This document shows positions 1 to 13,542 of a stretch of 64,000 nt of DNA, one piece after another. The stretch lies in the NCBI GenBank assembly GCA_951406725.2, contig OX597843.1, forward strand, positions 248,001 to 312,000. Direction: 5' to 3'. The translations under genes were made by a program, and so were the position numbers. The DNA comes from Octopus vulgaris (Eukaryota). The number at the start of each line of letters is the position of its first letter. Positions within the stretch are counted from its first letter, which is position 1. The notes under the pieces were generated by a model. That model did no database searches. It was not told where the DNA came from and saw only the letters and a program-made list of their open reading frames with translations.

Positions 1-26
1 CCGTCATATATATGTATACATATATA

Positions 27-415
27 GGTGCAGGAGTGGCTGTGTGGTAAGTAGCTTGCTTACCAACCACATGGTTCCGGGTTCAGTCCCACTGCATGGC
101 ACCTTGGGCAAGTGTCTACTACTATAGCCTCGGGCCGACCAAAGCCTTGTGAGTGGATTTGGTAGACAGAAGCTGGAAGAAGCCCGTCGTATATATGTAT
201 ATATGTATGTGCGTGTATGTTTGTGTTTGTCCCCCTAGCATTGCTTGACAACCGATGCTGGTGTGTTTATGTCCCCGTCACTTTGCGGTTCGGCAAAATA
301 GAGCGATAGAATAAGTACTGGGCTTACAAAGAATAAGTCCCGGGGTCGAGTTGCTCGATTAAAGGCGGTGCTCCAGCATGGTCGCAGTCAAATGACTGAA
401 ACAAGTAAAAGAGTA
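27..415 (+). mobile_element. Full-length tRNA-derived SINE, family A (octopus-type)
   Basis: Head with pol III A box TGGCTGTGTGG and B box GGTTCAGTCC, CORE-like ACCTTGGGCAAGT, internal TA/TG tract, tail ending ...ATGACTGAAACAAGTAAAAGAGTA; many near-identical copies in the window. Confidence 0.85.
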
Positions 416-856
416 TATATTAATTTCAAATTTTGAAGCAAGCCCAGCAGTTTTTGGCGTAGGCTCACCAAAAGGATGAAAGGCAAAGTTGACCTCAGAG
501 GAATTTGAACTCAGAATGTGAAGACATGAAATTTCGTTAAGCATTCTGCCCGGTGAGCGAAAGATTCAGCCAGCTCACCACTTTATATATATATTTATAC
601 TATGACCTGGGTCATAGTGCTAGTGCATGCATATACAGCTGCATGCGTGCGCACATACACGCGAGTACTGTCCAAATCTCCGACCAATCACATACAGCTA
701 GCTGGCATTCAGTTGGCGTATCAAGTTTCGGGCATTTTGATTGGGTTTTGGATAGAAAATTCACAAAAAAGTCACTTCTATAGATCTTTTAATGGCTTTG
801 CGGGGTGACTGTGGAAATGTAAACATCTGATAGCCTGGTCGGTCACGGTGATCACG

Positions 857-909
<53 letters not shown>

Positions 910-947
910 AAATAAATGTATGGTGGGCTTCTTTCAGTTTCTGGCTA

Positions 948-1255
948 CCCCTGCCGGAGCCTCGTGGAGGTTTAGGTGTTTTCGCTCAATAAACACTCAC
1001 AACGCCGGTCTGGGAATCGAAACAGCGATCCTATGACCGCGAGTCCGCTGCCCTAACCACTGGGCCATTGCGCCTCCAACACATGCATATACATATATAT
1101 GTATATGACGGGCTTCTTTCAGTTTCACTCACAAGGCCTTGGTTAGCCCAAGGCTATAGTAGAAGACACTTGCCCAAGGTGTCACGCAGTGGGACTGAAC
1201 CTGGAACAATGTGGCTGGTAAGCAAGCTATTTACCACACAGCCACTCCTGCGCCT
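948..1255 (-). mobile_element. Partial SINE family C head (948-1077) followed by a family A head (1087-1255)
   Basis: Match the 5' parts of the full copies at 15347-15729 and 27-415. Confidence 0.75.
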
Positions 1256-1500
1256 ATATATACCAGAGTAAGAACATAAATGCGAAACAAGGTGGTAAAT
1301 TAGTACTCGAATGCGAGAGGTAGAGTAATATGCTTAATTAAAAAGTAGCGCAAATATCACAAAATTCGTTACTCAGAATTTCACGTTCCCATTTGTTGGA
1401 CAATTTTGTTTATATATATAATGGAATAATTATAATGAATATATTATGGAATAATTGTCATTAATATATAATGGAATAATTACAATGAAGTATAGTGTAG

Positions 1501-1788
1501 AATATATTGTATAAAGGATTGTGGTAAGGCCAGAACATTACGAAGTAAACTCAAGGCAAATCACAAGAAAACAAATATATGAATTACTGTAGACTTACCT
1601 TGCATTCAATATTTCGGGGTTATGATCCCATTTTCAAGAAATTAATGAATGCTGCTGTTGTGCTTGTGTGCGAGCTTGTGTGAATGCAATGTAAGTCTAC
1701 AGTAATTCTTATATTTGTTTTCTTGTGATTTGCTTTGCATTTACTTTGCATTGTTCTGGCCTTACCCATGATCCGTTATGCAATATAT
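1501..1788. repeat. Long imperfect inverted repeat (arms about 1501-1608 and 1681-1788) in a TA-flanked element
   Basis: GTAGACTTACCTTGCATTCA vs TGAATGCAATGTAAGTCTAC; CAAGAAAACAAATAT vs ATATTTGTTTTCTTG; GGTAAGGCCAGAACA vs TGTTCTGGCCTTACC. Confidence 0.85.
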
Positions 1789-1807
1789 ATGTATGTATGT
1801 ATGTATG

Positions 1808-1809
<2 letters not shown>

Positions 1810-1847
<38 letters not shown>

Positions 1848-3995
1848 GTAACAATCATATAATAATGAAATTATTGTATATAGTGCTCAGGTGCACCACA
1901 ACTTGTCAAAAGTGCGTATAAAGCATGTGCCTTAATGTACAAATGTCTGGGAAGTGAGAACGGTGTATGAGTCAGATACATGCTTGCGTGTGATTGGAGG
2001 GGAGAAATCAGGTGTAGTGTTGGCGAATCTCAGGAAGCATGGAAGTTTTGAAGGATGCAGTGCTCCGACACCTAACAACTGATGCCGGCAGTTTGTTCCA
2101 TGCTTCAGCGTGTGTATGGAGGGGAGAAGAAAATCAGGTGTAGTGTTGGCGAATCTCAGGAAGCATGGAAGTTTTGAAGGATGCAGTGCTCCGACAACTA
2201 ACAACTGATGCCGGCAGTCTGTTCCATGCTTCAGCAACTCTTAGCGTGAAAAAATGTTTCCGAAAGTCATGGAAGGAGCTGTGCTGTTTTCTGACTTTGT
2301 AAACATGTCCACGGGTGTTAGACAGGTGCAGTTTGAAAAGGTGCTCAGAGTTATTGTTTGTAAGATGGTTAATAATTTTATGGGTGTCCACTAAGTCAGG
2401 TGCCAGATGTCGGAGTTTCAATGTGTCCATGCCCAGGGAAGTAAGGCGTTCAGAATATGGCAAATGCCTGATGGAGGGCATTTTCTTGGTTGTCAGATAC
2501 ATGCTTGCGTGTGTATGGAGGGGAGAAAATCAGGTGTAAGTGTTGGCGAATCTCAGGAAGCATGGAAGTTTTGAAGGATGCAGTGCTCCGACAACTAACA
2601 ACTGATGCTGGCAGTTTGTTCCATGCTTCAGCAACTCTCAGCGTGAAAAAATGTTTTCGAAAGTCATGGGTGCTGTGCTGTTTTCTGACTTTGTAAACAT
2701 GTCCACGGGTGTTAGACAGGTGGAGTTTGAAAAGGTGCTCAGAGTTATTGTTTGTAAGATGGTTAATAGTTTTATGGGTGTCTGCCATAATTTTATAATT
2801 TTATAATTAATAATTTTATGGGTGTCTGCATATGCAGTAATGTACAAATGTCTGGGAAGTGAACAGTGTATGAGTCAGATACATGCTTGCGTGTGTATGG
2901 AGGGGAGAAAATCAGGTGTAGTGTTGGCGAATCTCAGGAAGCATGGAAGTTTTGAAGGATGCAGTGCTCCGACAACTAACAACTGATGCCGGCAGTTTGT
3001 TCCATGCTTCAGCAACTCTCAGCGTGAAAAAGTGTTTCCGAAAGTCATGGGAGCTGTGCTGTTTTCTGACTTTGTTAACATGTCCAAGGGTGTTAGATGA
3101 GTAGAGTTTGAAAAGGTGCTCAGAGTTATTGTTTGTAAGATGGTTAATAGTTTTATGGGTGTCTGCCATAATTTTATAATTTTATAATTAATAATTTTAT
3201 GGGTGTCTGCATATGCAGTAATGTACAAATGTCTGGGAAGTGAACAGTGTATGAGTCAGATACATGCTTGCGTGTGTATGGAGGGGAGAAAATCAGGTGT
3301 AGTGTTGGCGAATCTCAGGAAGCATGGAAGTTTTGAAGGATGCAGTGCTCCGACAACTAACAACTGATGCCGGCAGTTTGTTCCATGCTTCAGCAACTCT
3401 CAGCGTGAAGAAATGTTTCCGAAAGTCATGGGAGCTGTGCTGTTTTCTGACTTTGTTAACATGTCCAAGGGTGTTAGATGAGTAGAGTTTGAAAAGGTGC
3501 TCAGAGTTATTGTTTGTAAGATGGTTAATAGTTTTATGGGTGTCTGCCATAATTTTATAATTTTATAATTAATAATTTTATGGGTGTCTGCATATGCAGT
3601 AATGTACAAATGTCTGGGAAGTGAACAGTGTATGAGTCAGATACATGCTTGCGTGTGTATGGAGGGGAGAAAATCAGGTGTAGTGTTGGCGAATCTCAGG
3701 AAGCATGGAAGTTTTGAAGGATGCAGTGCTCCGACAACTAACAACTGATGCCGGCAGTTTGTTCCATGCTTCAGCAACTCTCAGCGTGAAGAAATGTTTC
3801 CGAAAGTCATGGGAGCTGTGCTGTTTTCTGACTTTGTTAACATGTCCAAGGGTGTTAGATGAGTAGAGTTTGAAAAGGTGCTCAGAGTTATTGTTTGTAA
3901 GATGGTTAATAATTTTATGAGTGTCCGCCAAGTCAGCTGCCAGATGTCGGAGTTTCAATGTATCCATGAAGTAAGGCATTCAGAATATGGCAAAT
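1810..3995 (-). mobile_element. Tandem array of 3' ends of a CR1-clade LINE (381-bp period in the distal part)
   Basis: Repeated peptide KHFFTLRVAEAWNKLPASVV resembles the CR1 ORF2 C-terminus (FF..RV...WN.LP); ORF ends at 2912, 3293 and 3674 are 381 bp apart; (TTA)n tail on the minus strand at about 1810-1847. Confidence 0.8.
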
Positions 3996-4055
3996 GTATG
4001 TATGTATGTATGTATGTATGTATGTATGTATGTATGTATGTATGTATGTATATGG

Positions 4056-4274
4056 CAGTGGTTTTCAACCAGGGTTCCGCGGAACCTTAGGGTTCCGCCA
4101 GTACAGTCCAGAGGTTCCGCAAGAAGTTACAACACTGCTAAAATCAGCCGTAATTTTTAATTCTCCTGTGCAGATATGTGTGCATAAAACTATTAAATTA
4201 TTGCACAGGGGTTCCTCGAGCCAATGGAATGTTTCCTCGGGGTTCCGCTCCAGCGAAAATTTTGAAAAGCACTG
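4056..4274. mobile_element. hAT-type MITE, 219 bp
   Basis: TIRs CAGTGGTTTTCAA / TTGAAAAGCACTG; perfect 8-bp TSD GTATATGG at 4048-4055 and 4275-4282. Confidence 0.9.
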
Positions 4275-4649
4275 GTATATGGGATTGAACCTAGAAGCGT
4301 GTGGTTAGGAAGAAAGCTTCTTACCACACAGCCATGCCTGGTGATCATAATGGAGAACTGACAACAGAGGGAGGATTATGATAGCGGCGGCAGTGGTGGT
4401 GATGGTGGTAGTAGTTTATACTACTGAAGATGATGACGATGGTGATGATGACGGGTGAGGAATGTGGCATCGTGATGCTAGTGGCCTATGTAAGCAGCCT
4501 AGTTGATGGCAATCTAAATAATAGTTGTATAGGTGAAGGCATAGATGGTGGTATGTATGTGGTATGGGTGGTAGTTCAGTGTTCGTATTTCAGTTAAAAG
4601 CATGCTTTGTGTCACTTTTGGCATTTTAATACCATTTGGCTTAATGTCT

Positions 4650-5044
4650 GTTGTTGTTGTTGCTGTTGCTGTTGTTGTTGGTTTTGTTGTTATTACTGCT
4701 ATTGTTACTGTTGACAGTAGTACTGGAGGTGGTGGTGGAGGTATTAGTGGTGGTGGTGGTGCTAGTGGTGTTTGTTGAGGTATTGGTGCTATTGTCCATG
4801 GGGGTGGCGGTGATGGTGTTTATGTTGTTCTTGGTGGAGGTGGTGGTGGTGGTGGTGGGGTCATTATCGATGTTGGTAGTGTTAATGATGAGGATGGTGG
4901 CAATGGTGGTGGGGGTGACGGTAGCGGTGGATGCAGCAGTGGTGGTATGTGGTGGTGGTGGTGATAATTTTGGTGGCGGTACAGTGGTGGAATGGAGGTG
5001 ATGATGATGATAATGATGACGATGATGATGATGATGACGACAAC

Positions 5045-5088
<44 letters not shown>

Positions 5089-5782
5089 CGATGATGATGA
5101 TGACGACGATGATGATGACGATGATGGTGATGGTGGTGGTGATGGTTTATAGTGGTGGTGATGATGATGGTGGTTGTGATGATAGTGGTGATGATGATGA
5201 TGAGGATTATGATAGTTGAGGTGACAGTGATTCCTATGCATCAAGTGATGCTGGTATGTTTATGGTCCCGGGGGGGGGGTCGAGTTGCTCGATTAAAGGG
5301 CGGTGCTCCAGCATGGCCGCAGTCAAATGACTGAAACAAGTAAAAGTGGTAATGATAATGATGATGATAAAAGTAAAAGTGACAATGATAATGATGATGA
5401 TAATGATGATGATAATGCTGGTGGTGGTGATGGTAGTGGTGGTGGTCATGCTTGGGTGGGGTTAACTGTGTGGTCGTCATCTAGTTTTGTCTTTAATAGT
5501 TGTTAGAAAAAGCCTAATCTGTAAAAATATTCCTGTTATTTGATGCCATTCAGTTCCTTTCTGCTGTTATTGCTGTGGCTGTTTAACCCTAGGTTACAGC
5601 TGATCCACCTGACCTCTCATAAACTCCACATTCCATCCACGATCATCCTTTTCTTTGTATACGAGGAACATTCCAGAAGTTTTCAGACTTTTCTAGGAGA
5701 GTTGTAATTTTAGTATAACATTTCTTCTTCTTCTTCTTCTTCTTCTTCTTCTTCTCCTTCTTCTCCTCCTCCTCCTTCTTAT

Positions 5783-5840
<58 letters not shown>

Positions 5841-5877
5841 CATCATCACCATCATCATCACCATCATCATCATCACT

Positions 5878-5913
<36 letters not shown>

Positions 5914-5919
5914 TTCTTC

Positions 5920-6000
<81 letters not shown>

Positions 6001-6039
6001 TTCATCATCATCTTCATCATCATCTTCTTCTTCTTCTTC

Positions 6040-6102
<63 letters not shown>

Positions 6103-6200
6103 TTCTTCTTCTTCCAATTCTCCTCCTCCTCCTCCTCCTTCTTCTTCTTCTTCTTCTTCCAATTCTTCTTCTTCTTCCAATTCTCCTCCTCCTCCTTCAG
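4650..6200. repeat. Trinucleotide microsatellite field ((GGT)n, (GAT)n, (CAT)n, (CTT)n) with a family A tail fragment at about 5265-5346
   Basis: Direct inspection. Confidence 0.9.
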
Positions 6201-6572
6201 GTGCCTAATCCCAGAATGTAGGACACAGGCATCATCACATCCTGCTACAATTCTCTCGTCTTCGTTGTTTTATGTTACAGTTCCACTTCCTGACGTTTAA
6301 ATTCCATTTAATCCTTCCAACCACAACCGTTTCATCGACCTTTGACGTCCACATCGTCCTTCTCCTTCCTCCGACTCTTTTCCCCTTCAGCCTTTTCAGC
6401 CTCCACCAAATTCTCCAGGCCCTTTTTCCTCATTAAATCACCAAGAAATCTCACTTACTTTGCCCTTTAATTGCCATGACCAGAATTTAGGACATAAGCG
6501 ATCTCTCTTCTTTGTGTTATGTAACAGTTCCACTTCCTGATGTTAAATTTTAGTCATCTTTTAGTTGTCTTT

Positions 6573-7235
6573 GTTTTTCATTCTTTTCTGTTTTCTTGCT
6601 ATCCTATCCCTGTGTTTTATTTCTGTTTTCATAGCTGTTTATATTCTTGCATTTGTGTGCTTTTATTCATATTTGCTTTATTTCTGTTCTTCTGACAGTT
6701 TTTGTATTAGTTTTATTTCTGTTTTCTTGCTATCCTATCCCTGTGCTTTATTTCTGTTTTCATAGCTGTTTGCATTCTTGCAATTGTGTATTTACATTTA
6801 TTCATATTTGTTTCGTTTCTGTTTTTCTAGTTCTCATTTGTCGGTTTGCTTTATTTCTGTTCTTCTGACAGTTTTTGCTTTAATTTTATTTCTGTTTTCT
6901 TGCTATCCTATCCCTGTGCTTTATTTCTGTTTTCATAGCTGTTTATATTCTTGCATTTGTGTGCTTTTATTCATGTTTTGTTTCATTTCTGTTTTTCTAG
7001 TTCTCATTTGTCAGTTTGCTTTATTTCTGTTCTTCTGACAGTTTTGTATTAGTTTTATTTCTGTTTTCTTGCTATCCTATCCCTGTGCTTTATTTCTGTT
7101 TTCATAGCTGTTTATATTCTTGCATTTGTGTATTTGCTTTTATTCATATTTGTTTCATTTCTGTTTTTCTAGTTCTCATTTATCAGTTTACTTTATTTCT
7201 GTTCTTCAGACAGTTTTTGCATTAATTTTATTTCT
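6573..7235. repeat. T-rich tandem repeat, about 4 units of 130-175 bp
   Basis: TTTTCTTGCTATCCTATCCCTGTG recurs at about 6591, 6722, 6896 and 7064. Confidence 0.8.
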
Positions 7236-7716
7236 GCACCTTTTATGTGTTTGTGCATAACTGTTTTGATCTGTGCATTTATTTCACATTTTATTCTCAC
7301 AGTTTTTAGTTTTGTGATTATGTTGCCGTTTTAATTATTTTTGCAATTATTATTGTATGTATTCAGTTTTTTAAAACTAATATTGCTGTTTTATTCAGTT
7401 CTGTTTTATTCTGTTGTGTTTGTTTTTTTTATTTGCATGTAATAATTTGCTTGTTTTCTGTTTTTCTAGTCCTTGTTATCAGTTTTCCCTGTATATATTG
7501 TTTCTCTTCTTACTGCAATTATTACAGTTGTTTGGTTTTCTGTTTTTTAGTCTTTAGTGTTTCTGTTTTTGTAACTATTTATTTCCATTATTTTTTTTCT
7601 TGACACAGTCACTTGATTTGCTAGAACTAGTAGCTAATTGTCTCACAGAAACTCATTCTATCTTGTTTATAAGAAGCAGCTTGAGATAAAGAAAAAGAAG
7701 AAAGTAAAGAAAACGC

Positions 7717-7895
7717 TGTGGATGGAGGCAATATATCCTTGTATAGAAACAGGTGTTGGAGGAATTTTTGAAATCAGGGGTCACTTGATGCATAGGAATC
7801 TAAGAGTAGCTGCGAAAGAGAGAAAAGATGTTGCCAGAAAATTGTTGGAAGCCACTGAGAAAGCAAGCCATTATATCTAGCTCATGAGAAGACAA
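7717..7895 (+). mobile_element. Possible decayed C-terminus of an RLE-endonuclease (R2/HERO-like) LINE
   Basis: YPCIETGVGG...ARKLLEATEKASHYI resembles the P.EVG.RG...AAE.AS.W.W terminus of HERO-like ORFs; highly diverged. Confidence 0.35.
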
Positions 7896-8535
7896 GTAGT
7901 GTAGCAAGATCAAGCATTGCGAATGGTAGAAACATCTGGCCCAGAGTCACAAAATCTGACCCAGAGTCACAACATCTGACTCTATAAAGCTCATGCTGTT
8001 GTGTGGGAGTTTTGTCTCTTACCAATGTAAGTAACAAAACTTTATGTGTCAGAAGTGGTTGTTAGAGAATTTCTGTGATTCTTCCAGCCCCAATTTCAGA
8101 CCTCCTTATCCCCTTGATTGTAATCCCATGGACTCTCTGCCTGCAACACCAAAGCCAAGCTGGGGACCAAGATTAAGGAGGTGCTTGAAGATCTTCCTGG
8201 AGACATGGTGAAGAACAAAACTATGTGGCCCCTAATAGCTCTGGGGTCATGGTGGAAGGGGCTAAAATACCTACAGTGCTGTTTCACTGCCTGGTGAGAG
8301 ACTGTCCCCTGCATTTGGAGACGGAGTACAGCTGCACCCTCAACAGACAAGTGTTTGCCTTAAAATGTCTTCTCTTCTTTTCTGTTTTTGACGTGTGTTT
8401 GAGCTAAATTTGGGGATTATTTATGTCTCCCTTTTTCCCCAAGAACAGCTTGGTGTAAAGGGGAACAGTCAATGTTATTGGAGAGCACAAAGACTAGAGC
8501 TGTAGTTGAGAAAAAGCTAGCTGACTTGAAAGACT

Positions 8536-9178
8536 GGGCAGAATTTGAACTCAGAATGCAAAGACGGACGAAATACCTATTTCTTTACTACCCACAAGGG
8601 GCTAAACACAGAGGGGACAAACAAGGACAGACATAGGTATTAAGTCGATTGCATCGACCCCCTGTGCGTAACTGGTACTTAATTTATCGACCCTGAACGG
8701 ATGAAAGGCAAAGTCGACCTCGGCGGAATTTGAACTCGGAACATAGCAGCAGACGAAATACCTATTTCTTTACTACCCACAAGGGGCTAAACATAGAGGG
8801 GACAGGCAAACGGATTAAGTTGATTACATTGACCCCAGTGTGTAACTGGTACTTAATTTATCGATCCCAAAAGGATGAAAGGCAAAGTCGTCATCGGCGG
8901 AATTTGAACCCGGAACATAGCAGCAGACGAAATACCTATTTCTTTACTATCCACAAGGGGCTAAACACAGAGGGGACAAACAAGGACAGACATAGGTATT
9001 AAGTCGATTACATCGATACATCGACCCCAGTGCGTAACTGGTACTTAATTTATCGACCCCGAAAGGATGAAAGGCAAAGTTGACCTTGGCGGAATTTGAA
9101 CTCAGAACATAACGACAGACGAAATATGGCTACACATTTCACCCAGCACGCTAAAGTTTCTGCCAGCTTGCCGCCTTG
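8536..9178 (-). mobile_element. SINE family B with about 3 tandem body units
   Basis: Head GGCGGCAAGCTGGCAGAAA with B box GAGTTCAAATTCC; repeated GCCTTTCATCCTTTCGGGGTCGATAAATTAAGTACCAG domain on the minus strand. Confidence 0.8.
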
Positions 9179-9324
9179 CTGATGCGCTGTTACCATTATT
9201 ATTGTTCTTATTTTCACTACAAGACCTGTTGCTATTCTTTCTACCATAACCGCTTTTGTCATTGGCCTTGTTGTTGTTGTTATTGCTGTTATTTTCCCCA
9301 TTCTTGACTTTGTTGTTGTTTCTT

Positions 9325-10115
9325 TACTCTCTCTTTTACTCTTTCACTTGTTTCAGTCATTTGACTGCGGCCATGCTGGAGCACCGCCTTTAATCGAGCA
9401 ACTCGACCCCGGGACTTATTCTTTTTTTTGTAAGCCCAGTACTTATTCTATCGGTCTCTTTTTGCCGAACCGCTAAGTGACGGGGACATAAACACACCAG
9501 CATCGGTTGTCAAGCAATGCTAGGGAGACAAACACAGACACACAAACACACACACACGCACACATATGTATATATATATACATATATACGACAGGCTTCT
9601 TTCAGTTTCCGTCAACCAAATCCACTCACAAGGCTTTGGTAGGCCCGGGGCTATAGCAGACGACACTTGCGCAAGGTGCCACGCAGTGGGACTGAACCCG
9701 GAACCAAGTGGTTGGTAAGCAAGCTACTTTACACACACACATATATATATACATATACACGACGGGCTTCTTTCAGTTTCCATCTACAAAATCCACTCAC
9801 AAGGCTTTGGTCGGCCTGGGGCTATAACAGAAGACACTTGCCCAAGATGCCACGCAGTTGGACTGAACCCGGATCCATGTGGTTGGTAAACAAGCTACTT
9901 ACCACACAGCCGCTCCTACACCTATATAAATATATATACATATACATATATACGACGGGCTTCTTTCAGTTTCCGTCTACTAAATCCACTCACAAGGCAT
10001 TGGTTGGCCCGAGGCTATAGCAGAAGACACTTGCCCAAGGTGCCACGTAGTGGGACTGAACCCGGATCCATGTGGTTGGTAAGCAAGCTACTTACCACAC
10101 AGCCACTCCTGCGCC
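9325..10115 (-). mobile_element. SINE family A with three tandem heads
   Basis: One body/tail (9325-9540) and three head modules separated by TA/CA tracts. Confidence 0.85.
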
Positions 10116-10369
10116 TATGTCGTTGTTGTTGTTGTTGTTGTTGTTTCTACAGATATTTATTTTGTCTTTATTACCATTATTACCGTTATTAATAATGCTG
10201 TTGTTGTCGCTGTTGCTGTTCCCCAATCACTCTAAACGATTCCATTAACCCTAATTGTGATTCCCACACAACGAAGCTGACATGAAATACAGGACATCTG
10301 ACGCCTTTTCATTGGCTTAATTTGTCATTAAATCTTAACCAATCAATGGATTTGTTATTTGGCATCGCC

Positions 10370-10940
10370 GCCGTAGTCATGGTGAAGGTGTCGACGGCGG
10401 CAGTGGCAGGGGAGGTGGCGTGGCGGTGGGAGATATGGTGGTGGTAGGAGATGGTGGTGGTAGGAGATGGTGGAGAGGGTGAGGTGGTGGTTGTGGCGGC
10501 AGTGGTGGTGGTGGTGGTAGGAGGAAGAGGTGTTGAGGGAAGAAGTGGTGATGGTGGGGTTGTTGCGGGGAGGAGGAGGTGGTGGTGGTGGTGGTGGTGG
10601 TGGCGGTAGTGGTGGTGGTGATGGTGATGATGATGATGATGGTGGCATTGATGCTGCTGCTGCTGCTGCTGATGATGATAATGGTAGTGGTGGTGGTGGT
10701 GGTGGTGGTGGTGGTGATGATGATGGTGGCATTGATGCTGCTGCTGCTGCTGATGATGATGATAATGGTAGTGGTGGTGGTGGTGGTGGTGGTCATCGTC
10801 GTCGTCGTCATCGTGTTGATGGTGGTCAGTGATAGCTGTAATGGTGGAAGAAGTGGTGCTGCTCATGATGCGGGTGATGGTAGGAGGAGGAGGAAGAATA
10901 GGAGGTGGAGGAGGAGGAAGAGGAGGGAGGGGAGGAGGAA
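10370..10940. repeat. (GGT)n/(GAT)n/(GGA)n low-complexity tract
   Basis: Direct inspection. Confidence 0.9.
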
Positions 10941-11033
10941 AAGGTCGAATCCAGGAGTCTTTGTTTTCTAAACATTAACCACATTAATGTTATCCAAACA
11001 TCATTAAATATTAAATGAAACATAAGCCATATA

Positions 11034-11079
<46 letters not shown>

Positions 11080-11087
11080 GGTGTGTG

Positions 11088-12055
11088 TATGGCTGGGTGG
11101 TAAGGCGCTTACTTCCAGTCATATGGTCCCAGGTTCAGTCCCACTGCATGGCACCTTCATCAAGGGTCTTCTACTAAAGCCTTGTGATTGAATTTAGTAG
11201 ATGGAAACTGAAAGAAGCCCATTCTATATTCTTTTATTCTTTTACATGTTTCAGTCATGTGACTGCGACCATGCTGGAGCACGGCCTTAAAGGGTTTCAG
11301 TCGGAGAAATCGACCCCAGGACTTATTCTTTGTAAACCCAGTAATTATTCTATCGGTCTCTTTTGTTGAACCACTAAGTTACAGGGACCATAAACACACC
11401 AGCATCGGTTGTCAAGCATTATTGAAAATAGGATTAGTTCTTTTTCTTGTTTCAGGCATTGGGCAGTGGCCATGCTGGAACACCGGCTTTAGTCAAAGAA
11501 ATCGATCCCAGGACTTATTCTATCGGTCACTTTAGCCGAACGACTAAGTTACGGGAGTCGTAAACACACCAGCATCGGTTGTCAAGCGGTGGTGGAGGGG
11601 ACAAACACAGGCACACAAATAGATACATACATATACATACATACATACATACATATATATATATTACTCTTTTACTTGTTTCAGTCATGTGACTGTGGCC
11701 ATGCTGGAGCACCGCCTTTAGTCGAGCAAATCGACCCCGGGACTTATTCTTTTTGTAAGCCCAGTGCTTATTCTATCGGTCTCTTTTGCTGAACCGCTAA
11801 TGTTACGGGGACATAAACACACCAGCATCGGTTGTCAAGCAATGCTAGGGCGACAAACACAGACACACAAACACACACACACACATATATATATATACAT
11901 ATATACGACAGGCTTCTTTCAGTTTCCGTCTACCAAATCCACTTACAAGGCTTTGGTGGGCCTGGGGCTATAGTAGAAGACACTTTCCCAAGGTGCCATG
12001 CAGTGGGACTGAACCCGGAACCATGTGGTTGGTTAGCAAGCTACTTACCACACAG

Positions 12056-12109
<54 letters not shown>

Positions 12110-12155
12110 ACGGGCTTCTTTTCAGTTTCCTTCTACCAAATCCATTCACAAGGTT
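11088..12155. mobile_element. Cluster of family A SINE copies and fragments in both orientations
   Basis: Plus-strand head at 11088-11220; minus-strand tails at about 11235 and 11445; near-full minus copy at 11666-12057. Confidence 0.8.
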
Positions 12156-12787
12156 GGTTCGAACCTATTGCTTCTCTCTTTTAATTTCCTCTCTGCTTCT
12201 TTCTTTCTCTTCTTCCATTTCCTTTTTATCCTCTTTATTTTGTTGTCTTCTCCATCTCATTCTCACACTCCTTTTTTCTCTTGTACCTAGGAAACTTCCT
12301 TCATGCCCTTTCTCTCTCTTTCCATTTCCCTCCTGGAATAATCATAAATTTCTCTGCCATCCATCCAACTTCGGACATCGTTATTTGTAACTTGACACAA
12401 TAAGGTGTTCCCTGAGGACCCGTTCTAGCTGAGCATCAATATGCATTTAGAACCTCTATACCTCTATCACAGGACACCAAACAACATTGTTAATGAAACA
12501 CGTGTAGGAACCTCTATATAAACTTGTGTTTAACCTCATTTTTCCATATAACGATACACGTGTGTTCCTCGGACTAATCTTTTCCATCCTTCCGCACTTT
12601 TTCCCCTTCCTGACGAAGAGCCATGCTCGAAACGTCAAACCACTTCTGTTTTCTATCTTAAAACTTTCTCTGATCGTCAATTCAATACATTCACTGAGTA
12701 CGTTCTTTTGACATTTGTTGCTTTTCCATTTTTTTTGTATTTATTTTTGATTTGCCAATACATACATACATACATACATACATACAT

Positions 12788-13204
12788 TTTATGGCTGCCC
12801 CCTCGTTATCGAGTATGGCCATTGCACGAAGCTCAACTGTTACTGGTGCTGTGATCAAATGTGACTTTTTAGCCAAGCCAAAGATCTACAATACATACAT
12901 ACATACATACACACATACACACATATTTACATACATACATACATACATACTTACATATATACATACATACATACATAAAAACATACATACATACATACAT
13001 ACATACACACATACATACATACATACATAAATACATACATACACACATACATACATACATACAGACATACATACATACATACATACATACATACATACAT
13101 TTTATGCCTGCCCCCTCGTTATCGAGTATGGCCATTGCACGAAGCTCAACTGTTACTGGTGCTGTGATCAAATGTGACTTTTTAGCCAAGCCAAAGATCT
13201 ACAA
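12788..13204. repeat. Direct duplication of a 104-bp unique core embedded in (TACA)n
   Basis: TTTATG(G/C)CTGCCCCCTCGTTATCGAG...AAAGATCTACAA at 12788-12891 and 13101-13204, one mismatch seen. Confidence 0.9.
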
Positions 13205-13507
13205 TACATACATACATACATACACACATACACACATATTTACATACATACATACATACATACTTACATATATACATACATATATACATACATATATACA
13301 TACATACATACATAAAAACATACATACATACATACATACATCGACACATACATACATACATACATAAATACATACATACACACATACATACATACATACA
13401 GACATACATACATACATACATACATACGTACGTATGTACGTATAATGAGATTTAACAAGCACACGGAATGGACGTGCGCATTCAAGAAACATTTCAAAAA
13501 TGAACAC

Positions 13508-13542
<35 letters not shown>

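Noticed and set aside
8096-8460. Complex sequence with short ORFs
   Set aside because: No recognisable protein motif; possibly an old LINE remnant but not supportable from the sequence alone
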